DNA of 64,000 nucleotides from an archaeon (lineage in GTDB: Archaea; Undinarchaeota; CAZHTU01; JBDRCC01), in assembly GCA_043822065.1 (NCBI GenBank), contig JBDRCC010000020.1, forward strand, positions 32,001 through 96,000. The letters run 5' to 3'. Position 1 is the first letter of the stretch. The number at the start of each line of letters is the position of its first letter. Below are positions 29,945-40,042 of the stretch, in pieces. Below the pieces are notes generated by a model. It worked only from the letters and a program-made list of their open reading frames with translations, was not told the origin of the DNA and ran no database searches. The position numbers were made by a program, and so were the translations under genes.

Positions 29945-31111
29945 CTACTTGCTTATTACCCACTTGCCTTTCAGGTTAATGCCGGAGGTGCCTTGCAGTA
30001 TCAGTTTGTCACCGATATAAATCGCGGGATTGTACATGAGGTAGTCACAGTGCGTCTTAGAGCCAAATCCCAAGTGGCATGTCCCAACTGCCTTCTCTGC
30101 CTCTAGCAGGGTCGTACCCTTGTAGATACTAGCATTTGGATTAGTGCCTATGCCAACTTCGAATAGGACGCCCCTGTCATTAGGCTCTCCTGCAACAAAC
30201 TCCTTCATCCACTCCGTCGCGTCATCCCTTGCGGGGTCAACCGCCTCTATGGTCCCTTCGAGTATACGCCCGCTCTGGACCTCAAACCTAATCGGTCCAT
30301 CCAATATCCCGCCAGTTTCCTCTTCCTTATACATCCCACTCAAGCCGTCAATAACAACAACGCCGCTGGCTTGCATGTAATCGACAGGCTCCCAGAAAGT
30401 TTCGCCGCCTGGCAAATTCCTCATGTTCTTCACTTTGGTAATATCTCCATTGCTTAAGTCCACTTTACTCTTCCCGCCAAAGAGCCTTATTTTCTTTCCG
30501 GTCACCAGGCTTACCTTGATGTCGGTGCCAGCAGGAGTCCTTATGCGGACATTTTCCTTGTCATTCAATAAGTCCCGTATCGTTTCACAATTTTTTTGTA
30601 TTTCTTTGTAATCTATATCTATCAATGTCGTATACATCTTCTCAGTTATGCCTGGCATCGGGACGCACCGGGTGGCATCTTCTTCCTTTAAGTGCCGCGG
30701 ATACTTCTTGCGGGTATCATCAAAGTTCTTGGATAGCAGCAGCGCCCACACCTGCCTGACTTCCCCCTTCACTATGTCCTCCCCGCCGCTTATCCCATAG
30801 ATGACAATGTCCGCAGATTTGCACTCGTCAATTAAGCGGTCCCCTGGCTTAACTGGGCTCTTCGGGTCGTCAAGGGATAGCGGAACTTTTTTTCCGTAGA
30901 ATGCTGCTGTGCGGTAGCCCTTTTTTATTTCTATGTCGCCGCCATCCACCACGGTTAGGTAAACGTGGCCGCTAATCTTGCGTGCCTCTTCATAAAGGCT
31001 GATAAACATGCTCCTGTGCGCCTTATCCGTGAAAATTAGCAGCTTTTCGTCCTTTCTAAGGCCTATTGCTTCCTTTACAATCCTTGAGCTTGCGCTTTTC
31101 AGGCTTGCCAT
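29945..31111 (-). CDS. M29 family aminopeptidase
   Basis: TPAGTD, NLPGGE, EVGIGTN, EKAVGTCH.GFG, HCD. Confidence 0.8.
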   Translation of the reverse strand: MASLKSASSRIVKEAIGLRKDEKLLIFTDKAHRSMFISLYEEARKISGHVYLTVVDGGDIEIKKGYRTAAFYGKKVPLSLDDPKSPVKPGDRLIDECKSADIVIYGISGGEDIVKGEVRQVWALLLSKNFDDTRKKYPRHLKEEDATRCVPMPGITEKMYTTLIDIDYKEIQKNCETIRDLLNDKENVRIRTPAGTDIKVSLVTGKKIRLFGGKSKVDLSNGDITKVKNMRNLPGGETFWEPVDYMQASGVVVIDGLSGMYKEEETGGILDGPIRFEVQSGRILEGTIEAVDPARDDATEWMKEFVAGEPNDRGVLFEVGIGTNPNASIYKGTTLLEAEKAVGTCHLGFGSKTHCDYLMYNPAIYIGDKLILQGTSGINLKGKWVISK

Positions 31112-31168
31112 CTGCGTTGTCTTAAATGTTTTGTATCCTGCGGTATATAACTCTTTGTGTCGCTTACG

Positions 31169-33229
31169 CTATTTCTTGCCCCAGTCGGCCTTCGATTTGC
31201 ATTTCGGGTCTATGCACATCTCCCACGGCCTCTTGCCGCGGTTTATTACCTTGATGACCGGCTTGCCGCACTCCTTGCATACCTTGCCCTCACCCTTTAT
31301 CAGCCCTCCCTGCGGGAGCGGGTAGCTATTGCTGCACTTCGGGTAGTTTGAGCAGCCAGCAAACCGTTTCTTCGAAACCTTTGCACGGATTATCCTCAGC
31401 TCGCCCTCGCCGCAGGCTGGGCACTTCCCTATTGCCTTCTCCGCCTTTTTCGTCTCTATGTATGAGGACTGGAGCTCCCTTCCGATTTCAAGCTCGTCCT
31501 CCTTGAATTTTGACAGGACTTCCGTCAGGATGGTCTTCGCGTCCTCAAGAACGTCTTCCTGCCTCATCTTGCCGGACTGTATTGCCTCCATGTCATCCTC
31601 AAACTTCCGCGTCAGCGCGGGGTCTATTATCTGCGGGACGTGCTTCTCGAGCGTGGAAATGATGTTCATCCCGAGCTCCGTGACTTCTATCGACCTGCCC
31701 GTGATGTAGTTCCTGTCCTGCAGGGTGGTTATTATCTGCGCCCTCGTCGACTTTGTCCCGAGCACGAGCGAGTCAAGCTTCCTTATGAGGGACGCCTCAG
31801 TGTACCTTGCAGGCGGCTGGGTCTGCTTTTCGTGCAGCTCTATCCCAAGCACATTTAGACTGCCACCCTTTGACAGGTCAGGTATCTCGTCCTCCTTCAG
31901 CCCGACGTATGGCTCATACAATACGTGCCAGCCCTTCTCGACAGTCCTTGTCCCCTTGGAGATGAACGGCTCTTCCGCGACGAGTATCCTTGCGGCTACG
32001 GTCTCCCTTACTGCCGGCTTCCCGAAGACTGAAAGGAACCTCTTCGCAATCAGGTCGTACAGGCTCCTCAGCGGCTTGTCAAGCTCCGACGGCATTTCGC
32101 CAGTCGGGTGGATTGGCGGGTGCGCAGGGTCCTTTCCCTTTCCAACAGTTGGAATCATCTTGTCCTTCAGGACCTCTGCTGCGAGAACCGAGTACACCGG
32201 GTTCCTCTGGAGCGCCTGGACCACCTTACTCAGGTTTATCCCAGGCGGGAACTGCTGGGACGCAGTCCTCGGGTATGAAATGAGCGCCATCTCGTAAAGC
32301 GTCTGCGCAAGCTTCTGGGTGTATGCTGGCTTGAACCCGAAGACGCGGTAAGCTTCGGTCTGGAGGGTGGTCAGGTCGAACGGCACAGGCGGGCTCTGGT
32401 TCTGCCTCTTCCTGTCGACTGACTCAACCTTGCCGTCTTTCCCCCTGCACTTCGCTACTATCTTCTCTGCGTCCTCACGCTTGTCGAACTTTTCCTTCTC
32501 GTGCCAGGCAGAGTACGGCGTATTGTCCGCCTTGAACTTTAGCTCCACCTGGAAATATGTCTGCGGGGCGAAGGCGCGTATGTCCCTCTCCCTATCGACG
32601 AGTATCTTGAGTGCCGGGCCCTGGACTCTACCGGTTGACATGGTCAGGAAATTCCCTGACGCCTTCCGTATGGCGTGCGTCAGCGCCCTGCTGACGTTTA
32701 TGCCGTAAAACCAGTCAAGCTTGTGCCTAGCCTCGCCAGATTCTGCGAGCTGGAAGTCAGGCTTTTCAAGGCTCTCAAATGTCCTTACTAGCTCCTCCTT
32801 GGTCAGGGTCGAGAACTTCATCCGCTTGGACTTTTTCATCGAGCCAGGCGGGCATGCATGCTCTATTATGTTGTGGCCTATGAGCTCGCCCTCCAGGTCG
32901 TAGTCAGTCGCGACGACGAATTTTGAAGCCCCAACTGCAAGGGACTTTATCCTCTGAAGGTATGGCTTAGAAAACTTCGCATTCTTGTCGACATCGGAAA
33001 TCGGAGCCCAGCTGATGCCGAAAACCGGGTACTCCCAGCCGCTCTCTGTCTGCTTGAGCCCGAAAATATGGCCCACCGACGAGACGACGACTATCTCCTC
33101 GCCCCCGTGGCTGAGAATGTAATTTGAGACCTGCCCCTTTTTCTCCTCCTTGACCGGGCCGTCTGCCAGCGAAGCCGCAATCCTCCTGGAAACGTTCGGC
33201 TTCTCAGTTATAACAAGCGTATAGGGCAT
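31169..33229 (-). CDS. topA: Type IA DNA topoisomerase with C-terminal zinc ribbons
   Basis: ITEKP, ATDYDLEGE, GRVQ, ISYPRT. Confidence 0.95.
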   Translation of the reverse strand: MPYTLVITEKPNVSRRIAASLADGPVKEEKKGQVSNYILSHGGEEIVVVSSVGHIFGLKQTESGWEYPVFGISWAPISDVDKNAKFSKPYLQRIKSLAVGASKFVVATDYDLEGELIGHNIIEHACPPGSMKKSKRMKFSTLTKEELVRTFESLEKPDFQLAESGEARHKLDWFYGINVSRALTHAIRKASGNFLTMSTGRVQGPALKILVDRERDIRAFAPQTYFQVELKFKADNTPYSAWHEKEKFDKREDAEKIVAKCRGKDGKVESVDRKRQNQSPPVPFDLTTLQTEAYRVFGFKPAYTQKLAQTLYEMALISYPRTASQQFPPGINLSKVVQALQRNPVYSVLAAEVLKDKMIPTVGKGKDPAHPPIHPTGEMPSELDKPLRSLYDLIAKRFLSVFGKPAVRETVAARILVAEEPFISKGTRTVEKGWHVLYEPYVGLKEDEIPDLSKGGSLNVLGIELHEKQTQPPARYTEASLIRKLDSLVLGTKSTRAQIITTLQDRNYITGRSIEVTELGMNIISTLEKHVPQIIDPALTRKFEDDMEAIQSGKMRQEDVLEDAKTILTEVLSKFKEDELEIGRELQSSYIETKKAEKAIGKCPACGEGELRIIRAKVSKKRFAGCSNYPKCSNSYPLPQGGLIKGEGKVCKECGKPVIKVINRGKRPWEMCIDPKCKSKADWGKK

Positions 33230-33267
33230 AGCATGGATGGATTTACTAAACCTTATAAATACTTTCC

Positions 33268-34056
33268 CTATCGGTGCAGGAATTCAAGCTTCTCATAGAA
33301 GCTTTCCCTGAACCTGACGATGTGCGCCTTCTCGTCCGACTTTTTTATCCTGATTTTCTCATGCCTGATGTTATGGCGCTCTATCCCGTCGGCAACTACC
33401 ATCATCTCGCCGGTCTCGATGGCAACGTCAATGACGCTGCTGTCCGGGATAACCAGGGACTTGGACGAGAGGGAGTGGGGGGAAAGGGGCGTTATTATTA
33501 TGACCTCTGCGAGCGGGTGCACTATGGGCCCGCCGGCCGAAAGCGAATAGGCAGTGGAGCCGGTCGGCGTTGCAAGAATCAACCCGTCGGACCTGAAGGT
33601 CTTGTACCCTTTATTGTCAACAACAACCTTCATCTGGCACAGTCTGCCCGGCTTATGGGTCATGATGACAATCTCATTCAGGACGGGATGCTGCCTCTTC
33701 TTGTTTATCCAGAAGTCTAGCTTGGCCCGCTCGACGATTCTGTAGTCCCCCGCAAGGACTCTCTTTATTGCAGACCTGTAGTCCCTCTCGGTCGCCTCGC
33801 AAAGGAAGCCGATGCCCCCCTTTTTTATGCCCAGAATCGGCGTCGAGTTCCTCTGCAGGTAGGCTGTTTTCAGCATTGTGCCGTCCCCGCCGATGGCAAT
33901 TATCATGTCGGCCTTGCCAGAATAGGGCTTGGCCTTCACGGCCTTTACAAGGTTTCCAGAATACTTGACATCGTGCCCCCTTAGCAGGGCTTTGACATTT
34001 TTGACAATCTCAAGGACCTTTGGGTCAGTTTTATGGGCGGTTATTACGAACTTCAT
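33268..34056 (-). CDS. nadK: NAD kinase
   Basis: GGDGT, LNE, DGLILATPTGSTAYSLSAGGP. Confidence 0.94.
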   Translation of the reverse strand: MKFVITAHKTDPKVLEIVKNVKALLRGHDVKYSGNLVKAVKAKPYSGKADMIIAIGGDGTMLKTAYLQRNSTPILGIKKGGIGFLCEATERDYRSAIKRVLAGDYRIVERAKLDFWINKKRQHPVLNEIVIMTHKPGRLCQMKVVVDNKGYKTFRSDGLILATPTGSTAYSLSAGGPIVHPLAEVIIITPLSPHSLSSKSLVIPDSSVIDVAIETGEMMVVADGIERHNIRHEKIRIKKSDEKAHIVRFRESFYEKLEFLHR

Positions 34057-34155
34057 TAAACTAATTATGAATGTTGGTAATATAAAGTTACCCAATGGGT
34101 TACTGGCATCTTACTCTCTCTAAACGTTTAAGGGTTAAAAATCCTAAATTATTTC

Positions 34156-34959
34156 ATGAAGTTTGATTTGTCGCAGGTTGAATTCTCCGAAACTGACATA
34201 GAGCGCGAAATAAAAATACCAAACAAATTAACCCCCGAATTGGCAGAAATAATTGGTTTGCATCTGGGCGACGGGAATATTTACAAGCAAGCTGGCCGTG
34301 GCTCTGTATTTTCGTATACTTGCTGTCTTGACCAAGAAAGAGCGTATTATGATCAATACTTCATTCCAAAATTGAAGGGTCTCTTCAATTTGAAGGTAAG
34401 ACCTCACATACCAAAAGAGAACGAATACCGCATTCGGATATACTCTAAAGCTCTTTTTACTTTTTTTACAAAGGTTCTCAAAATTCCAGCATGTAATAAA
34501 AATAGTATGCTAGCCGTCCCCCAATATATAAAAGAAAGCAGCCGTGAAGTTAACAATGCTTTTGTTCGAGGGTTTGCCGATACTGATTTTTGTCTAATTT
34601 TTAAAAAGCGGCACAAAAAATTCCATTACTACCCTTCAATAACCGGCATGTTGTCCTCAGCCACTATACTACAGTATATCGAAGACTATCTCCAAGCAAT
34701 GGGCTTCGAACTATCTCATTGCTACAACCGCAGACAATACGACCGTAGAACCGGTAAGTTCTACACAAAGAATGAAATCGCGCTCTACGGTTCGGATAAT
34801 CTTGGAAAGTGGATGCGGGAAATAGGATTCTCGAATCCAAAGAATATTACTAGATACGCGATTTGGAAACAATACGGCATCTGCCCACCGCAGATAACTC
34901 AGGAAGAACGGAACCGAATCCTAAGTGGAGAGCGGTCACCCTACTCCCATTATGAGTAA
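34156..34959 (+). CDS. Free-standing two-motif LAGLIDADG endonuclease-like protein
   Basis: LAEIIGLHLGDG and FVRGFADTD; visibly more AT-rich than flanks. Confidence 0.85.
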   Translation: MKFDLSQVEFSETDIEREIKIPNKLTPELAEIIGLHLGDGNIYKQAGRGSVFSYTCCLDQERAYYDQYFIPKLKGLFNLKVRPHIPKENEYRIRIYSKALFTFFTKVLKIPACNKNSMLAVPQYIKESSREVNNAFVRGFADTDFCLIFKKRHKKFHYYPSITGMLSSATILQYIEDYLQAMGFELSHCYNRRQYDRRTGKFYTKNEIALYGSDNLGKWMREIGFSNPKNITRYAIWKQYGICPPQITQEERNRILSGERSPYSHYE

Positions 34960-35060
34960 TGGGCCTGGAGAGATTTGAACTCTCGACTTCCAGCTATCCT
35001 AGGATGTACAGAGTACAGCCATATAAGACTGGCACTCTAACCAAGCTGAGTTACAAGCCC
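34960..35060 (-). tRNA. tRNA-Ile(UAU) with 26-nt intron at 37/38 (34996-35021)
   Basis: Acceptor GGGCTTG/CAGGCCC-A; CCAGT-CT-TAT-A[intron]A-GCTGG; T-arm GAGAG-TTCAAAT-CTCTC. Confidence 0.85.
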
Positions 35061-35119
35061 GTAACGATAGCTTAGAAAACTGTTATATTTATATATATCC
35101 CTCTTAGCTAGTATCAAAC

Positions 35120-36007
35120 ATGGAAACGAAGCATGAAGTGAGGGCAGTTCTGGAAGAAGCCGGCTTTGACATCTTCGAGACCAGCCGCGGCTACTCATAC
35201 GACTTTATCGCCAGGAAGGAATCCAGGCTCATCTTCATCAAGACCCTCTCCAACCTGGAGTCGTTTTCGCTCGAGCACGCAAAGGACCTTTCCTCCCTTT
35301 CAAATGAGCTGAGGGCGAGCGTCCTCATCGTCGCGGACGGCTCGGCAGCAGGGAAGCTGAAGGATGACACAGTCTACGAGCGGTTTGAAATTCCCGCAAT
35401 CACCGTCGGCACCCTCAGGCACATACTCGAGGGGGAGGACCCCCTGGTCCGCGCCGGAAGGGGCGGATTTTACGTCCAGATTGACGGAGACCGGCTGCGG
35501 GAGATTAGGGAGCAGTCAGGAATGTCGCTCGAGCACCTGGCAAGGCGCGCCGGAGTGTCTAGGAAGTCAGTCCGCGAATACGAATCATCCGGAAGCGCGA
35601 CAATCAAGACCGCGATCCACCTTGAGCAGATAATCCAGGAGTCGGTCGCCAAGCCGATAAACGTATTCGAAATCGAGACAACGCTTATCGAGCGCAAAAT
35701 CCATGCGTTCGAGAACTCCGTCGTCCAGAAGCTGAACGTCCTTGGCTTCGACGTCGCATACGCGAAAAAGTCCCCGTTCAACATAGTGGCGCGCGAGGCG
35801 AAGGAGGACATAATCTCGGGGCTTACCAACGAGAACTTAAGGGAAAAGGCGACAGTCCTCAGGCGCGTCGGAGACCTCCTTGAAGCTGAGCCGCTCTTCA
35901 TACTCAAGAAGTCCAGGACAACTGAAATCGAGGGAATCCCGGTAATCGACGAGAAGCTCCTCAAGAAGATACGCGACCTTGACGAGTTTATTGAAGCGTG
36001 CAGGTAA
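35120..36007 (+). CDS. Archaeal HTH regulator (nuclease-like fold + XRE HTH)
   Basis: YDFIAR, VYERF.IP, GRGGFYVQIDG, LARRAGVSRK..YE. Confidence 0.82.
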   Translation: METKHEVRAVLEEAGFDIFETSRGYSYDFIARKESRLIFIKTLSNLESFSLEHAKDLSSLSNELRASVLIVADGSAAGKLKDDTVYERFEIPAITVGTLRHILEGEDPLVRAGRGGFYVQIDGDRLREIREQSGMSLEHLARRAGVSRKSVREYESSGSATIKTAIHLEQIIQESVAKPINVFEIETTLIERKIHAFENSVVQKLNVLGFDVAYAKKSPFNIVAREAKEDIISGLTNENLREKATVLRRVGDLLEAEPLFILKKSRTTEIEGIPVIDEKLLKKIRDLDEFIEACR

Positions 36008-36011
36008 CCAA

Positions 36012-36797
36012 ATGGACAGAGTACTCTTCATGGGCACCGGCGGAGGAAGGTGGAACTGCATCTACCAGACGCGCTCGACGGCAGGCTTCAGGCTCGAGCT
36101 CGGGCAGAAAAAAATCCACATCGACCCTGGTCCCGGCACGATTTCCAGGTACAAGGCGCTCAGGATAAATCCGCGGACGAACAGCTGTATAATTGTCACA
36201 CACTGCCACCTCGACCACTACGACGACGCAGAGGTGCTTATCGAGGCGATGAGTATGGGAAAAAAGGGCGGCGTCCTACTCGCAGGAAAGAACGTTCTTG
36301 AAGGCACCGGCAACTTCCAGTCGCCAGTCAACACCTTCCACCGCGCCCTGCTTGCTGAGTCCAAAGTGCTCTCAGACGGCGGGGAGTACCTCCTTGACAA
36401 AATAAGGATAGAGGCGGTCGGCTTGAAGCACTCTGAGCCGGAGAACATCGGCGTCATCTTCCATTCCAGCTCAAAAATCGGGTACGTGTCGGACACAGAA
36501 TACTTTCCCGCACTCGCCCGCAGGTTCAAGGGAATGGACCTGCTTATACTCAACCTCCTGCGCCCGGCAAACTTCAGGATTCCGGGGCACATGTGCACCG
36601 AAGACGCAATCACGCTCATAAACGAGGCAAAGCCGCGCAGGTGCGCCATAACCCACTTCGGGCTCAAGATGGTCCGCGCAAACCCGGCCGCCCACGCCGC
36701 GAAGATATCCTCCTCAACAGGAATCGAATGCATAGCCGCAGAGGACGGGATGCGCCTCGATGTGGCGAAGCAGACCAATTTACAGTCTTTCAGCTAA
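36012..36797 (+). CDS. MBL-fold metallo-hydrolase
   Basis: MGTGGGR, IDPGPG, THCHLDH. Confidence 0.88.
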   Translation: MDRVLFMGTGGGRWNCIYQTRSTAGFRLELGQKKIHIDPGPGTISRYKALRINPRTNSCIIVTHCHLDHYDDAEVLIEAMSMGKKGGVLLAGKNVLEGTGNFQSPVNTFHRALLAESKVLSDGGEYLLDKIRIEAVGLKHSEPENIGVIFHSSSKIGYVSDTEYFPALARRFKGMDLLILNLLRPANFRIPGHMCTEDAITLINEAKPRRCAITHFGLKMVRANPAAHAAKISSSTGIECIAAEDGMRLDVAKQTNLQSFS

Positions 36798-36828
36798 AAA
36801 TATAAACCTTGGCGGGATTAGTCTTCAC

Positions 36829-37551
36829 ATGCGGATGTCCTACATATTTACAATCGCCCTTGCAGTGGCAGCAATCATACTCCTCTACGCCTCAATAGGG
36901 TTTTACGTCGACCGCTCCGAAGCCGAGGCCTGCACCCAGACGCAGGAGCGGCTTGAACAGGCAACCCCAACGCTTCTTGGGGGGCAGCTCAAGTATGTTC
37001 TCTCAGAATTCGGCATGCCCGAGGTGCAAACCCCGGCGCCGGCTGATTACACGGCGTCAATTGCCTCCCTGCGGGCGCGCGGAACCGAAGACCCAGCCAA
37101 GCTGATAGACCTGACAACATTTGAAACAAGCCACTTCCTAATGTCGGGCTATCTGAAGACATCCGAGTGCAACCTCTTCACGAACCTTGCGCGCGTAAAT
37201 CTCGGCCGCTCCTCCCTTTTCCTCGGAGAGCTTCTCAAGGGCACGGATGTCTCCCTTCTTGAAGGCGAGCTATCGGACGTAGACTCAAGCTACCTAGTGA
37301 TAATACATTCCGCAGTCCCTGACAAATGCGGCTACGAGCCTGAGAACCTCTTCCTGACAATCTTGGAGGAGAAATACTGCGCAGGCCTGCACGAGCAGGC
37401 ATTCCTTCTAGCGCAGTACCTCAAGGCAAGCTTGGACGACGTCCAGGACGCGCCATCCAAAACCTACCGCGCAGTTATGCTCAACTGCATGGCAGACTGC
37501 GTAAATAGGGACGCCTGCCTGGATAACTGTTTAAATGAGAAAATAGCTTAG
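36829..37551 (+). CDS. Hypothetical membrane-anchored Cys-rich protein
   Basis: N-terminal TM; several Cys; no recognised motif. Confidence 0.6.
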   Translation: MRMSYIFTIALAVAAIILLYASIGFYVDRSEAEACTQTQERLEQATPTLLGGQLKYVLSEFGMPEVQTPAPADYTASIASLRARGTEDPAKLIDLTTFETSHFLMSGYLKTSECNLFTNLARVNLGRSSLFLGELLKGTDVSLLEGELSDVDSSYLVIIHSAVPDKCGYEPENLFLTILEEKYCAGLHEQAFLLAQYLKASLDDVQDAPSKTYRAVMLNCMADCVNRDACLDNCLNEKIA

Positions 37552-37560
37552 TTCAGCCAC

Positions 37561-37668
37561 GGGCTCGTGGCGAAATGGTATCGCGCCGCCTTCGCATAAC
37601 ATTTTCTTTTAGAAAAGGAAAGCGTTAGGAAAAGGCGGAGGCTGCGGGTTCAAATCCCGCCGAGTCCA
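37561..37668 (+). tRNA. tRNA-Ala(CGC) with 36-nt intron (37597-37632)
   Basis: Acceptor GGGCTCG/CGAGTCC with G3:U70; CCGCC-TT-CGC-A[intron]A-GGCGG. Confidence 0.92.
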
Positions 37669-37707
37669 CTAATAATTATTATATAGGCCACTTTCAATAT
37701 CTCGCTT

Positions 37708-38775
37708 ATGTTTGGATTTTTCAAGGAAAAGACCAACTTTTACAAGCTGGAGGAGAAAATCTCTGGTTACTCCAAACAGGGCTGGCATTCCTACCTGCTG
37801 TCCACCTACGCCCACAATGCCGCAGTCAAGTCGCTGGCAAAGCGCGGCAAGGCTATATCTGCAGCCTTTTACATCGAGTCAAAGCTCGATGCGGCGGAGC
37901 TGTCGGAAGTCCTTGCGCGGCGCATCGGGGACTTCACAATAGCCGAGTCAAAGCTTTCCCAGCTCAAGCTCAGCGAAATCGAGCAGCTGTACCTAACGGA
38001 TTATCTCTCCGGGGAGCTGTCTGACAAGGAAATCTACCCTCTAAAGATGCGCATGCCGGACTTCGAGAAAATGCTCAAGAAGGCGCTTACTGGCGGGAAG
38101 AACTATCTGCTGGACATAGGCTGCTGGAACGAGGAGTTCTTAGACGCACTCGAGGACAAATTCTTCTCAAAAAACAAGTACGACCACCTGCTAATCGGCA
38201 CGGACTCTGGTGACGTAACCTGCGGGCGGGTTGACAGCCCAGACAAGGAGGATGAGCATGACAGGTTATACGACCCTAGTGACGCCGAGGACGAGCCGGA
38301 TACTCCTTTCAGGGAGTTCTACCAGTTTGAAGTGGAGAGCAAGCACGATATTGCCGATGCCTATTACGAAGCCTGGGAGAAGACGGGAATCCTCAATGAG
38401 CTGCCGGACGGCTTCAAGCGCGACGACATACTCCGCTTCAGGTACGAAAAAAACATACTCACACTGCACGGCTTCCTTGGGGACTACCTTTCAACCAAGC
38501 GGCTTTTCAAGAAGGACTTCCTGGAAAAAACAAAATTCGACGTAATCTTCCTCCGCAGGATGTTCCCCTATGTCGACTACAAAGATGTTTTTGAGGAGAC
38601 TAATACGTTCACAAAGAGCTACTTCATAGTCTCCTACAGCCTTCCCTACACGAAGGACGACAAGCCAAACCCCTCGCCAGCTGAACTTTTGTCAGAGCTG
38701 AAGAAATACGGATTCAAAAAGGCGGACCTGTACGAGACCGAGACCTTCTTCTGGCTCCTTGCCAAAAAGAAATAA
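37708..38775 (+). CDS. Hypothetical protein, possibly a divergent class I SAM methyltransferase
   Basis: LLDIGC motif-I-like and FDVIF; otherwise unrecognised. Confidence 0.5.
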   Translation: MFGFFKEKTNFYKLEEKISGYSKQGWHSYLLSTYAHNAAVKSLAKRGKAISAAFYIESKLDAAELSEVLARRIGDFTIAESKLSQLKLSEIEQLYLTDYLSGELSDKEIYPLKMRMPDFEKMLKKALTGGKNYLLDIGCWNEEFLDALEDKFFSKNKYDHLLIGTDSGDVTCGRVDSPDKEDEHDRLYDPSDAEDEPDTPFREFYQFEVESKHDIADAYYEAWEKTGILNELPDGFKRDDILRFRYEKNILTLHGFLGDYLSTKRLFKKDFLEKTKFDVIFLRRMFPYVDYKDVFEETNTFTKSYFIVSYSLPYTKDDKPNPSPAELLSELKKYGFKKADLYETETFFWLLAKKK

Positions 38776-38785
38776 GGGCGGCAAA

Positions 38786-39991
38786 TCAGAACGTTTCCAA
38801 TTTGCCCTTGACCACCAGGTCTGTTATCTGCGTTATGTTCTCGAGCCAGTAGTCAGTCAGCTTCTCGACCTTGCTCTTGGCGTCAGAGAACTTCTTGCCC
38901 TTCTCCATCGTCACGTGGACGTTCGCGGCAAGCGGGTTGTCAATCGGCCTTCCAATCTGGCTGAGCAGCTTTACCTGGACCTCTCCGACGCCCTCAACCT
39001 GCTCGGCAATCTCGTCCGCTATCTTGTTTGACAGCAGGTTGTAGAGTTTTCCGACATGGTTTATCGGGTTCTTGCCCGAGGTCGCCTCAAGGCTCATTGG
39101 CCTGTAAGGCGTGATAAGGCCGTTGCACCTGTTCCCCCTTCCGGTCGAGCCGTCGTCCCCCATCTCGGCGGACGTCCCGGTAACCGTCAGGAAGTAGCAG
39201 TTGGACTCGTAGTTGTCACCCGTGTTGACACAAACGTTCACTTTCCTGTCGGTGACGCTTTTTGACATCTCCTCGATGTCCTTCTTGATTGTGCCGACTA
39301 CCGCCCTATAGTGGTCTATGTTCTCAGTCTTTCCAGAGACTATCGCGGCTGCAATCGTCAGGTCGATGGTGTCGTTCCTCCTGAGCCCCATGACCTTTAT
39401 GTCCTCCCCAACCTGGGGGCACTTGTTCTTGAACTCCCTTGAGTTCAGCCGCTTCTCGGTCCCGAAGACAAGCCTTTCGACGTCGCTGTACGGGGCAAAG
39501 CCTACGCCAAAGGAGGTATCGTTTGAGTTTGGCATGCTCTTTCCCCTTGAGAAGACGTCAACAAGGTCCGCAGACCCGCTTCCCATCCTGGAGTCTATGA
39601 CGACGTGCCTGTCAACGTCGAGGTTCGGGAGGATCTCCTTGAGGTAGGTCTTTGCGGCTTCAATCCCGACCGTGTGGATTCCGACGTACTCGTCCCCGAC
39701 CTTCTCGGTCGCCCTTCCTGAAAGGAGGATGTAAATCGGCTTGAGGACCTCTCCCCCGCCGAACTTAGGATTTGCATACCCGCCCACAATCTCCACCTGG
39801 TCGGTGTTGTGGTGCATGTACCTGTCAAACTTTTTGGCATACTCCCTGCACAGCGCCCTGGAAACCGCCTCTGCGATTCCATCTGCCATGCTGTCCGGGT
39901 GCCCTATACCCTTCCTTTCGACAATCTCGAGGGGCATTTCGTCCATAAGCGGGGAATTTAGCTCCCCAACAAATATATTTCTGCCAGCCAT
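38786..39991 (-). CDS. mat: Archaeal S-adenosylmethionine synthetase
   Basis: VERKGIGHPD, GEDIKVMG, GRGNR, GKNPINHVGKLYN. Confidence 0.95.
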   Translation of the reverse strand: MAGRNIFVGELNSPLMDEMPLEIVERKGIGHPDSMADGIAEAVSRALCREYAKKFDRYMHHNTDQVEIVGGYANPKFGGGEVLKPIYILLSGRATEKVGDEYVGIHTVGIEAAKTYLKEILPNLDVDRHVVIDSRMGSGSADLVDVFSRGKSMPNSNDTSFGVGFAPYSDVERLVFGTEKRLNSREFKNKCPQVGEDIKVMGLRRNDTIDLTIAAAIVSGKTENIDHYRAVVGTIKKDIEEMSKSVTDRKVNVCVNTGDNYESNCYFLTVTGTSAEMGDDGSTGRGNRCNGLITPYRPMSLEATSGKNPINHVGKLYNLLSNKIADEIAEQVEGVGEVQVKLLSQIGRPIDNPLAANVHVTMEKGKKFSDAKSKVEKLTDYWLENITQITDLVVKGKLETF

Positions 39992-40042
39992 ATTGATACC
40001 TCCGCTTGCCTTCAAATTATCAGTAATAATTTATATAGTTTC

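Noticed and set aside
34156-34959. Intein or intron-encoded endonuclease
   Set aside because: No splice-junction residues or interrupted host gene; lies outside the tRNA intron
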